Origin: Zancudomyces culisetae HAW-14-8
Taxonomy: Eukaryota > Fungi > Kickxellomycota
Assembly (NCBI GenBank): GCA_052426225.1
Contig: JBNJNM010000012.1
Span: 1,922,001 to 1,986,000, forward strand
DNA: 64,000 nucleotides
Direction of reading: 5' to 3'
Positions 7,484-17,817 of the stretch are shown here, piece by piece. The notes under the pieces are model-generated. The model did not search any database, was not told the origin of the DNA, and saw only the letters and a list, made by a program, of their open reading frames with translations. A program made the translations under genes and the position numbers. Position 1 is the first letter of the stretch, and each line of letters starts with the position of its first letter.

Positions 7484-10156
7484 ATTGAAGTTGATAATAG
7501 TTTAGTAGATACAGATGAGAGAATAATAAAGTTAGTTCAACAGTATAAAGGGATGTTTGTAAACGAATTGGAAGAATTAAAGCAGTCGGATACAACCGAA
7601 CACAAAATTATACTTACCGAAGAGATACCAATAAAACAGCGGCCATACAGGATACCTCAGGCAAAACAGCAGCTAGTGCGGAAAGAACTGGAGCTTATGG
7701 AACAGCATGGAATCATCTCACCAGCCTCTTCACCATGGTGCTCACCTGTGGTAGTAGTAACAAAGAAAAACGGTAAGCTTCGAGTGTGTGCAGATTATAG
7801 GAAATTAAATAGTATTACAAAGAAGGATACTTACCCGTTGCCAGTCATTGACGACATTTTCATGGCATTGTCCGGAGCGACGGTTTTCAGCAGCTTGGAT
7901 GCTATGTCAGGCTTCTGGCAGATACCTATGAGTAGAGAAGACAGAGATAAGACAGCGTTTGCTATCCCTGGAGGAGGAAGTTATATATACAATGTAATGC
8001 CGTTTGGTTTAACCAACAGCCCGGCTACATTTCAACGGGTTATGGAAGAGGTCTTACATTCAGTTCTGTGGTCCTGTGCTATTGTATTTGTCGACGACAT
8101 TATAATCTATTCGAAGAACATGAAACAGCATTTAGAAGATTTAGAACAAGTATTTAAGTTATTACAGGCAAGAAACATTCAGCTTCACAAAGACAAATGT
8201 GTTTTAGGAAAGGATGAAATAACTTACCTGGGACACAGGATTTCAAAGGAAGGGATAAGCACCTGTGAAGATAAACTAGCAGCAGTTAAAAAATTAGAAT
8301 CTCCTAAGAATGTTAAAGAAGTACAATCAATATTGGGATTAACAGGATATTACAGGAAGTTTATATATAACTATAGTAAAATATGTTTACCTTTAACTAA
8401 CTTGCTGAAGAAGAATAAAGAGTGGACATGGTCAGAAAACGAAGAAAAAGCACTGGATCAGCTTAAACAAGCACTGCTCGACGCACCGGTGTTAGCACAC
8501 CCTGACTGGAACAAAACATTTACCGTTACGACTGACGCATCGATAGACGGAATCGGAGCAATACTCTCTCAAGAGTACGATTCGGGAGATCGCCCTATTG
8601 CATATATAAGTAGAAAAACAACCAAACATGAGAGAAATTACTCAATCAGTCACCTAGAAGGGTTAGCTGTCGTTTGGGCTGTAGTTAAATTTAAATATTT
8701 TGTATGGGGCCGAAGGTTTATAATAAAAACAGACCATAAAAGCTTGTTAAATCTGTTTAACGGAAAAGAACTTACGGGAAGAGTAGCTAGATGGGCCATG
8801 CTACTACGCAACTACGATTATGAGATTCAGCACCTACCAGGAAAGAAAAACCCAGCAGACAGTTTATCCAGATTGCCAACCGAAATATTATCAGACGAAA
8901 ACGATTCCGCAGCAGAATTTAGAGATCTAAATTGTCTTGAGATAAGTGAATATAATAAAATAATGAATGATATTCTAAATCCAAATAATTTACCAAATTC
9001 CCAGGACGATACTAGAACATATACCAGAGTTCAAAATACGAAGCGATATTTCGTTAAGAACGGATCATTATATATAAAAATCGGAAATACTGAAAAGCAG
9101 GTATTAAATACGGATAACGCAAGCGAAGAAATATATGAAGTGCATTTCGAGACGCACGAAGGCGTAGAAAACACTTATAACCGAATTAAACAATTGTTTC
9201 ATGGAAAGAATTTATTCAAAATAACGAAAGATATAGTAAAAAGTTGTGAAGTTTGTCAACTGTATAAAGGAAATAAAAGCAAAAAAAATTACCTAACAAC
9301 CGTTGAAGGAAACCGCCCATTCGAAATATGGGGAATAGACGCCATGGGTCCAATTAACCCAGTTTCAAAGAGCGGAAACCGCTACATACTAACTGCGATA
9401 GACTACTGCACCAAATGGCCAGTAGCCTTACCAGTTCCGAATCTATTAAGTAGCACCATAATTAATTTCATTATATATAAAATAGTAATGGACTATGGAG
9501 TCCCGACTCAATTAGTTACAGACCAAGGTTCAAGTTTCATGTCCGAAGCAACCAAGGCAGTATACAAGTGGTTGGGCATAAAGCATGCACCCACCTCAGG
9601 TTATCGACCTCAGAGCAACGGACAGGTCGAACGATTAAACAGGTCTATAAAGTCAATAATGTCGAAACAAATAGATGAAGACTACCTTAACTGGGATACC
9701 TACCTTTGGAAGACACTGCTAATATTACGGACACTGAGCAGCAAGACAACTGGCTTCACACCGGCAGAACTACTCTATGGTAAGGACCTGACTATGGCAC
9801 ACAACTGGACTCCTGCCAATCTAATCGACACAAGGAACGAGTTAGTGCACCATAGGATCGAATTCCTTAGCACTGGATTAAAGGAAATTCGAGAACTAGG
9901 TTTGGAAAATTCGAAAGTAAAGAAGTTGAAACAAAAAGGATACTACGACAAAAAAGTGAAAGAAAAATTATTTAAGAAAAACGACATTGTTTTGAAGTAC
10001 ATCGAAGGCGAAAAAACGAAATTTCAAAGAATTTGGAAAGGGCCGTACAAAGTCGAAAAAATTTTGATAAACGGAACATACGTAATTGTCGATAGCGAAG
10101 GAAATAGCGAGCTAGTCAATGGCGACACTATTAAATTATTTCACGATTCAAATTAG
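7484..10156 (+). CDS. pol: Retrotransposon Pol (RT-RNase H-integrase), in frame with Gag-PR after a single TAG
   Basis: RT motifs MPFGL and FVDD; RNase H TTDAS; integrase H-H-C-C, DDE (IDAM, TDQG, VERLN) and GPY. No chromodomain. Frame open from 7484; first ATG at 7553. Confidence 0.93.
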   Translation: MEVDNSLVDTDERIIKLVQQYKGMFVNELEELKQSDTTEHKIILTEEIPIKQRPYRIPQAKQQLVRKELELMEQHGIISPASSPWCSPVVVVTKKNGKLRVCADYRKLNSITKKDTYPLPVIDDIFMALSGATVFSSLDAMSGFWQIPMSREDRDKTAFAIPGGGSYIYNVMPFGLTNSPATFQRVMEEVLHSVLWSCAIVFVDDIIIYSKNMKQHLEDLEQVFKLLQARNIQLHKDKCVLGKDEITYLGHRISKEGISTCEDKLAAVKKLESPKNVKEVQSILGLTGYYRKFIYNYSKICLPLTNLLKKNKEWTWSENEEKALDQLKQALLDAPVLAHPDWNKTFTVTTDASIDGIGAILSQEYDSGDRPIAYISRKTTKHERNYSISHLEGLAVVWAVVKFKYFVWGRRFIIKTDHKSLLNLFNGKELTGRVARWAMLLRNYDYEIQHLPGKKNPADSLSRLPTEILSDENDSAAEFRDLNCLEISEYNKIMNDILNPNNLPNSQDDTRTYTRVQNTKRYFVKNGSLYIKIGNTEKQVLNTDNASEEIYEVHFETHEGVENTYNRIKQLFHGKNLFKITKDIVKSCEVCQLYKGNKSKKNYLTTVEGNRPFEIWGIDAMGPINPVSKSGNRYILTAIDYCTKWPVALPVPNLLSSTIINFIIYKIVMDYGVPTQLVTDQGSSFMSEATKAVYKWLGIKHAPTSGYRPQSNGQVERLNRSIKSIMSKQIDEDYLNWDTYLWKTLLILRTLSSKTTGFTPAELLYGKDLTMAHNWTPANLIDTRNELVHHRIEFLSTGLKEIRELGLENSKVKKLKQKGYYDKKVKEKLFKKNDIVLKYIEGEKTKFQRIWKGPYKVEKILINGTYVIVDSEGNSELVNGDTIKLFHDSN

Positions 10157-10189
10157 CCAATTAATTATTTATTTACTTGAAATGTTCGA

Positions 10190-10340
10190 AAATTGATAAG
10201 AAAAAAAAAAATAATAATAATCGAATTGATAAAAATCAGAAAACACGAAACGACATGATAAAAATCAGAAAAGACAAAAAATCGAATTGGAAAAAAAAAT
10301 CAGAAAAGACAAAAAATCGAATTGATAAAAATCAGAAAAT
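10190..10340 (+). repeat. Imperfect A-rich tandem repeat in the element 3' UTR
   Basis: Several copies of ~AAATCGAATTGATAAAAATCAGAAAAGAC. Confidence 0.6.
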
Positions 10341-10590
10341 TAAACAAAGCTACAACATAAAAATCATAAAATATAATAATCCAAAAACATTAATATATAC
10401 TTTATTTTAACAGAATTTAGGGCGAGATTAACGATATGGAAAACATATAAAAAAAAAAAAAAAGTAACATTTAGAACGAAATTGGAACAACGAGAGTCGA
10501 GATTATCGAAATGAGATTTGAAAAGCGGAGTATAGGAGATTAGGAATCGAAATTGAAGTTTCGAGATTCGAGATGAGGACACTTCGAAAT

Positions 10591-10601
10591 AAAGCGGGGG
10601 G
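10591..10601 (+). other. Polypurine tract
   Basis: AAAGCGGGGGG, 3 nt before the 3' LTR. Confidence 0.85.
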
Positions 10602-10604
10602 TAT

Positions 10605-11047
10605 TGTAGTATAACGGCTACATACTTTTTGCTAGCGAATCAATTGCGATTCCTTAGCATGATATAACTACCAATTAACTTGTAGTTATTTTATATTTAA
10701 ATATTTATAATAGTAAAGCTGAATATCTGAACGATCAGTAAAATAAAAGCGAAGCGGACAACGAAAACAAACATCTTTAGCCTTTCTTAACAGAATATAC
10801 TTTACATATACGTTTTTTACATACTTAGTAATTGAAATTAACACTACATTGAGATAGTTTACTTAGTGTTTTATTATTATTACAACAATAATAAAAGTTA
10901 TTAAAAACATTCATATTACGGCAAACAGAACTAGTTAAGTGATCCGAGACCTGAGTATAACTGACACAATCAGTGCTATACCAAACTCAGCCATCACATT
11001 AGCTGAAAAATATATCAGATAACTTATAACATCTACAATATATTACA
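10605..11047 (+). repeat. 3' LTR
   Basis: Direct repeat of 5183-5625. Confidence 0.95.
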
Positions 11048-11569
11048 TAATGTATTATTATCTTTTGGATGATATTTAATTATCCATAACTGATAGAATT
11101 ACAAATCATTATCGAGATCAATTTTAATATAATTTACATCAGTGTAGCTTATAAGCATATTTTCGTAAAAAATTAAATTAAATCGGACAGCGAAATTATC
11201 ATCTTCAGCCCTATTTATCAAATTACTATACTTATTTAACTACAAGTATTTAGTATTATCTTTTTTAATTATTTTAACTTAGTTGAGTTTGTCATTATTA
11301 TTATGACATTTTAGTAGTTAACACATTCACAAAAATCAACTAAAAATAGTTGAGTAATCCGAAAGAGTACTAGATTGTCATAATTTGTTTTTTTTACACG
11401 TAGATATCACAGTTGTTGAAAAATTATATAGTTTCGTATTACATCTACTAAATTCTACAATAGTTTTAATTATTTTATAACTTTTATAAATTATTGATTG
11501 TTAATTTAATCTTATATATATTAGAAAAGATATTTAATTAATTTTTTTAAAATTGAATGTTATTTATAC

Positions 11570-11826
11570 TGTCGTGTGTATTCCGATGTCGATCGGAATT
11601 CACATTTTCTAACAATTATTTAATTTACTACATAAACAATCAACTAACATTCTATTAAAAGTTGATCACTGAAAATACTATGATAATTATTTTTTTTGAA
11701 AATATATATAATAACACAAAAAAAATTATAAAACGAAAAATACAATTAAAAAGATTATAGGAAATCAACATTCAAATTAGGAACAATATGAAAACGAAAA
11801 CGAAGTAACAACGATAACACACGATA
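11570..11826. mobile_element. Degenerate solo-LTR-like unit
   Basis: TGTCGTGTGT...ACACACGATA (one C>T). Same terminal motif as array units F and G. Hairpin next to the left end. Confidence 0.5.
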
Positions 11827-12102
11827 CAACTCAGTATATACCGTAGAAACATAGGTTATTTGAATTAGCTTTTATTAGGTTAAATAAAATAGTATATATA
11901 TAAGCGAAGGAAGACTCGACGAGGATTCCTCAGCTCTTTTGATAGTTTTAATAAGAAAAAGGAAAGTAAGATAAATAAATATCAATTCAGAATTAAAATC
12001 CAGGTTTAGGATAATTAAGAAGTTTATTAGGAATAGTGCTACGGCTAGTTAATGAATATTAAGCTTTGACATATTAGAAACTATTAAAATCTCACATAAA
12101 GA

Positions 12103-12330
12103 ATGTCAGGCTTCATGAGTAAATTTAGACCCAGATGGATCCAGTCAGAAAAAGATGAGGGCAGATACTCATCTGATAGTGACCGTTCGGGAGCCACTTC
12201 TATGGAAGTGGATCCCAAAGAATCACGTGACCCATTTGCTGATATTATGGATCATGTTTTTTTACAATTGAAAAACCCGACAAAGGATGAGGCTGCACCC
12301 AACCTCACCCGACAATACTTGGTTTGCTAG
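12103..12330 (+). CDS. Short Ser-rich ORF in retroelement debris, function unknown
   Basis: 75-aa ORF, GC-richer than its flanks, homologous to the decayed ORF at 13530-13775. Confidence 0.35.
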   Translation: MSGFMSKFRPRWIQSEKDEGRYSSDSDRSGATSMEVDPKESRDPFADIMDHVFLQLKNPTKDEAAPNLTRQYLVC

Positions 12331-13529
12331 TCAACTCTAGTTAGTAAGCCGTTTAATATTATATAACTACTTATTATATTTTTCATATGTTAATTTATCT
12401 TAATTAATATGAATTCCCACCATTTTCTATTCACTATGTAGAATAAACTTAAATTATAATATTTTTGCTAAATATTAGTTGAAGTTTGTAAATTCGTTGT
12501 TCTCTCACTTTTATATACTATAATTGTTCTTTTATTCAACTTTTACTAACAATGATTATTCAATAACTTAGCTACTTGTCGTGTTCTCATTGATATTTGT
12601 ATCCACCTTAAATATTAAACAATACACTAGATAAAGGATGTAGTTGATGTTACATTAGAAATCATTCTTTTAGTTCATATTTCATAGATTATTCGAGCAT
12701 GTTCATACACTACAAATGAATAATATGTAATTGTAAGTACTGAAATCATATTTATTTTTTTTAATATCATATAGAGTACATACTCTGGTAGATCTAATGT
12801 TAGCTAATAGAGTATAATATTAAATCACTTTTTGATTCATTATTTATTAATTAGTACACTAGGCACGAGTATTAATTTATACAATTATTATTTTACTAAT
12901 AATCTATACAAGAACATTATAAGTATATTAAGAATTTCCCAATGAATAATTACCTTTTTAATCTATCGTGTGTTCAGGAAATACTACAGAATTATTATAA
13001 ATTACTTGGGAAACTAAAAGTATTCAATGGAAGTTATTCAAATGATACATATTAAATTAACCTATTTAGTATATCAACAATCAAAATTTTGAGTTTACTT
13101 TCCAATTCAAAATGAAAGGAATAATCAGATCATAGATTCAATAGAATAATTTTTAAAATGAAATAAGAACAGTAAAAGAATATATATTTAAAAGTACATT
13201 TATTATAGCTAAAAAGAATTTATAGACTAATGTAAAGAGAACAACTATGAATTAGGAGATGCAAAAAGATATTGAATAAATAAGCGGAATAAACATTAGG
13301 CAGATAGTGCAAATGAATAATTATTAGATTTTATTTAAACAAAACCCAATAGGAGCTTCATTAGCTTATAATAGTTTTAAAGTATACTGAAACAAGGAAA
13401 TAAATAAGATAGAAGTTAGAGAGATTTTGATTAATCAGGTTTTATTGAATAAAATGAAAACATCAAAGTTTATTAATATTGCTAAGGCTAGTATTTAAAA
13501 AGTATAATATATTAAAAACTGAAATCTGA

Positions 13530-13775
13530 ATGTCAGGCCTGATGAAGCTACTTTTTTAGGCAATCGTATAACAGCTCCGTGGCGATGGTTGCTACTCTTC
13601 CAATAGTGGTAGATCAAGTGTCACGTCCATGAATGTAAAGTCTGAATCGTCACGTGACCCATTTAAAGATCTTGAAAAAGTGATAAATGAGGAATTTTAT
13701 CAGTCACAAACCCATCCAACGAACGTGATTCGCCTGGTTGTGTCTGACATCTTAGATTCATCCAACAGCTGGTAA
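13530..13775 (+). pseudogene. Decayed paralogue of the 12103 ORF
   Basis: MSGLMK...DGCYSSNSGRSSVTSMNVKSESSRDPFKDL aligns with MSGFMS...EGRYSSDSDRSGATSMEVDPKESRDPFADI. Two in-frame stops. Confidence 0.5.
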
Positions 13776-16227
13776 GTAGGATTTTTTTAAAAATGGAAAG
13801 AGTGTGGTTGAATAAATACTGTGTATCTACTATATTGATTCTTTATATGTATTCATTTAATAAATTTGTCGGTAAATATAAATTTGAGTACAAGATCCTT
13901 AAATTTCTTTATTCACTTGGTTTTACTATATACTGTTTTCCTCTACCTATCTACAGTTTATACAGACCTTCATCTTATATGTTTCCATTTGTATAGTTCA
14001 TTTCACTTTTTTTGATTTAACATGTTAGCTTTGACAAGATAATCACGTCTAATACCTCGTAGTTGGCCTTTTTGTATTGACTAGACTAGGTATCCTAGCA
14101 CAATTAATAAACTTTATGTAACTGTTTAGTATGTTTTGAAAGTTTTCAACTCTTGCAATTCTCTTTCTAGCTTTCAGTCATTCAGTATGTCTTTGAAACC
14201 TGCTTTTAGATTTTTAAGTTTGAAACTGAAAGATCGGTAAAGTGGAATGGTAGTCTGCACAGCTTTTTGATTACTTGGCTTAAAGAAAAAGGATATCCAT
14301 TATGTGTCTGATTTATCAAGCGCTTATTGTTGAAAATCGATAGGTAATCACCATTTTTAGGCCTTTCTGTGATTAACCATTATTGATTTAGCCATGTAGA
14401 AATTGTTGCTGAAGCTGGTAATTAATGTAGGGGTGTATTCCTGTCTGATATAAATGAGGAGAGCAAAGTAAATGTAAATCTTGAAAACAAATTATTACAA
14501 ATCTTCAGTAAATTCAATAAAGGTATTTGTGAAAGCTTTCTTGAGTCCGTGGTATTAATTTTTATAATACATAATCAACCAATGTTTATAGTACTTGTAG
14601 ATATATTCACAGGATGTGCATCATCTTTAAAGTCACTGTCTTTATTGCATATAATCTCCGAGAGGTCTAAAAACAATCGTACACATTCACCATTTATCTT
14701 ATACTCTTTTATTGTTTGTGAACTAGATTAATTCACCAGTAAAAAATATTTACATCAATATTAACTGGTGTCATTGGGAATTAAGAATATTTATATAAAT
14801 TATTAATTTATTTACTTTTCCTGAGAACATTTTATAATTTCAGTAATAAACATAGAATTATACTTAAAAATTTTATATTTATCATTATCAGAAATTCAGT
14901 CTAATAATTACATTTTAAAAAAATACGCAAATTCAGATAGATTCAAATAAATCTAAACAGATGACGTAACTATTAGGATAGAGTGAATTCATTTCGGAAT
15001 GAAAAGCAACTTTGAAGTAATGATAGTTTTTGTGTTAGAACATACAAGAGTACAAGTTTGTGGTTTAATGGATTATCAAACATTAAAGGCACTATTTTAC
15101 TAATGTTGATGATTTATTCATTTTAATGATCAGTTTATAATTAAATTACATAGTTATAAATATTTGTGTTCGGTTCCGTTAAAGATCAATGTTTTTTAAG
15201 ATTCTTTATTAAAATTAAAGCCATTTTAGTGTAAAAAATTAAATATTGTGTTTAATATTAAAATTAAAATAGTTTTCTATATATTTCTTAATACCATCTT
15301 TTAGGATTAATGCGTAGTATTAGTAACATTTGTAGTTATTATTCTAAATAAAATTTTTCGATAAATGAAAAGATTTATCTTTAATTTTATGCTTTATAGT
15401 ATTGCGATATAGTAGAGATACGACTGCAGATCAATTCCTGATGAGTATTTATCATTTATAAATTTATGATTTAATTACCATCGCATTTCTTTAGCTATTC
15501 TTAATAGATTTTTATACATATATCATGGATAAATGTTATAACGTAATTAGATTTTAATGTTATAAATGTTCAAGTATTTATATACACAGTTTTCAATTTT
15601 TTATATTTAAAAACATTACGAAATAAAAATTATAACATCTTCAAACAGTTTTCCTTTCATTATTTTATTATTTGCAAGTTTAATAAAGAAAAAATAGATT
15701 AATAAATAATAATACTATGATTATAACATATTTAGTAAAAATCCTGCACGGATAATTAATCGCTTCGGAACAAAGTGATTGTATGATAAAACAATATCAT
15801 AATAGTGTATTCTAATTAAATTGTTAATATAAAATTTTATATGATAGTAGAATAAAATACATTTATGTTAACTACTCTTAGTAATAATATTTGAAACTCA
15901 GCAGTAAGCATTGTAAACACTGTAGGTGTATTAACTCTTTACATTTATTACATTTAAAATTTAAAATAGCCTTTGTAATCTCAGTCAATTATGTTTCATG
16001 TTACAAGTTAATGTTGATTTTTTCATAATACATATATGACCTAAATAATATTTTACAAGACTTTTAGCGACTTTATTTTACAGTACAACTTTTGTAACAC
16101 TTTTGCCATTACGATATGTATAAGATTATTTTCAATACTCATAAACCATCTAGCAGTCAGTTGCTAATGACACTGAAGGCAATACGCTACTCGGAAATTT
16201 AAACATCTGTACACAACTATGATAAAG

Positions 16228-17817
16228 TTAAACCAGATATAATCTGCAAAGATCTACTTGTTTTTTCCAATCAGTGTTTAAAAGGTCGACGGTGTATGAA
16301 AGAGCTGACAGCGTAAAACCAGAGGCAACACCAATCCACAAACCATGTAGTCCCATTTCGTAGTAGTAGCTCAACATAATACCCAACGGGATAGCAAATG
16401 TATAAAATGCTAAAAACATTACTTTAGTTACAACTTTTTGCCGGCCCTGAGCTTTTAGAATCCCTACTAGACATACAGCGCAGATTTCAAATGAAACGGC
16501 GATTGAGAATGCTAGTTTCATGCTGAGGATCATGCTCAACAATTCCTTGTTCTGTGTATAAATTGCTACCCAAAAATCCGCTTTAGTGTACAATACATAA
16601 AACATTGGAGCAGCTATGAGAGCAATTATCAAAAGAGACGCATGAAAAACGGTCTTTGCACCTTTTATAGATCCTGCTCCTAGATAGTTTCCAAGTTTTG
16701 CAGTGAAAACTGTTGAAATACCGGTTGTGAATACTAATACCATCCTATCAACCGACACTAAAACGGCTTGGGCAGCCAGTGCCATTTCTCCAAAGTGAAT
16801 GCACAGGATAGATACTATCTGGCTAGTTCCGGCTGCTATAAATATTGCGTACACACCTTGTATACCGAGTGTGAATACTTCTTTCCAGCCATTTAGTGCA
16901 TTTTTCATCAACGAATAGGAAAACATCCCACCAGAAATTGTGTTCATACGCACTACGCTTACGAGAAGAATCCCCAATCTTGAGATAAGTTGCGATAGCA
17001 ACACGCCTAAGAAACCAATGCCTGTGTTTTCACTTATTACTAGATATTGTACTGAAATTGCCATGATAACCATACCAACTATGTTGATAATTGGAGCCGA
17101 CTTGAAATCACCATTGCAGCACAAGTATGCTCGCATAAAATTAGACACGCCGATCAAATAAAAGGTTGGAATATAATACAACAGGTACTTTAGAGCATAT
17201 TCTATAACAACTTCATCGTCTGTAAGATGTGCCATTAGCCTCCTGGAATTCAACCACAGGAACCCACAAACGACCATGCATATGGTATACATAAAAGTTC
17301 CCCTATAGAAATAAAGAAGTGATTTCTTCGAACCGCCTGTCATATATTTTGTCTGGCTACACAGAGTTTCCAGTGCACCATATATACCATACATTGGGGG
17401 GACGGCCATCAACGCTACAAATATTCTTGATAATGCAAAAGAAGCTAGCGCTTTTTCACCGACATGGCCCAATGCGTATGCCTCAAGAAGTATGATTACA
17501 GCTTGTGATATTGAACCAAGTTCTAACTCCAAAGCACCGATGGCTATACCATACAATTCGCCTAAAAACGAACACTCTTTATTGACTGGATCCCCTGGTT
17601 TAGGCGCTTCTGTCTCATCGGCTGTTGCTGAACTCGACACAGTCTCGGTATCAGAGTCTTTTACTTTGTGGCCATCTGCTCCATACCTATTTATGGGTGT
17701 GTTCACTAGAAAATCCTGTTCGGAGTCTACTCTGACACTTGTGTGGGTTGAGGACTCGCTGGGGTAGTGTCTGGGCACATGCTCTTTCGCCTTGTCTGCT
17801 GGACATTTGTTTCCCAT
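16228..17817 (-). CDS. MATE family multidrug/toxin efflux transporter
   Basis: 529 aa, about 12 TM segments. Motifs GALETLCSQ, LGNYLGAG, GILKAQGRQK, GLHGLWIG, TDW. Confidence 0.9.
   Translation of the reverse strand: MGNKCPADKAKEHVPRHYPSESSTHTSVRVDSEQDFLVNTPINRYGADGHKVKDSDTETVSSSATADETEAPKPGDPVNKECSFLGELYGIAIGALELELGSISQAVIILLEAYALGHVGEKALASFALSRIFVALMAVPPMYGIYGALETLCSQTKYMTGGSKKSLLYFYRGTFMYTICMVVCGFLWLNSRRLMAHLTDDEVVIEYALKYLLYYIPTFYLIGVSNFMRAYLCCNGDFKSAPIINIVGMVIMAISVQYLVISENTGIGFLGVLLSQLISRLGILLVSVVRMNTISGGMFSYSLMKNALNGWKEVFTLGIQGVYAIFIAAGTSQIVSILCIHFGEMALAAQAVLVSVDRMVLVFTTGISTVFTAKLGNYLGAGSIKGAKTVFHASLLIIALIAAPMFYVLYTKADFWVAIYTQNKELLSMILSMKLAFSIAVSFEICAVCLVGILKAQGRQKVVTKVMFLAFYTFAIPLGIMLSYYYEMGLHGLWIGVASGFTLSALSYTVDLLNTDWKKQVDLCRLYLV

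Larger units (their letters stand above)
5183..11047 (+). mobile_element. Full-length, recently inserted Ty3/Gypsy LTR retrotransposon
   Basis: Two 443-bp LTRs (TGTAGTATA...TATATTACA), TSD TAAT (5179-5182 / 11048-11051), PBS, PPT, and Gag-PR-RT-RH-IN domain order. Confidence 0.97.

Noticed and set aside
7481-10180. Reassigned genetic code (TAG = Gln) explaining the stops in the retroelement
   Set aside because: Host genes such as the cotransporter and second MATE end on TAG at their expected C-termini, and in-frame TAGs are otherwise absent from long ORFs.
10177-10410. 77-aa Lys-rich ORF after pol as an extra (env-like) gene
   Set aside because: TTG start, and it is simply the translation of the A-rich 3' UTR repeat.
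14200-14700. Tyrosine-recombinase (DIRS/Crypton) remnant on the minus strand (...FISDRNTPLH*LPASATISTWL...)
   Set aside because: Only one loosely similar motif, multiple stops and no catalytic HxxR/Y seen. Needs an HMM search.
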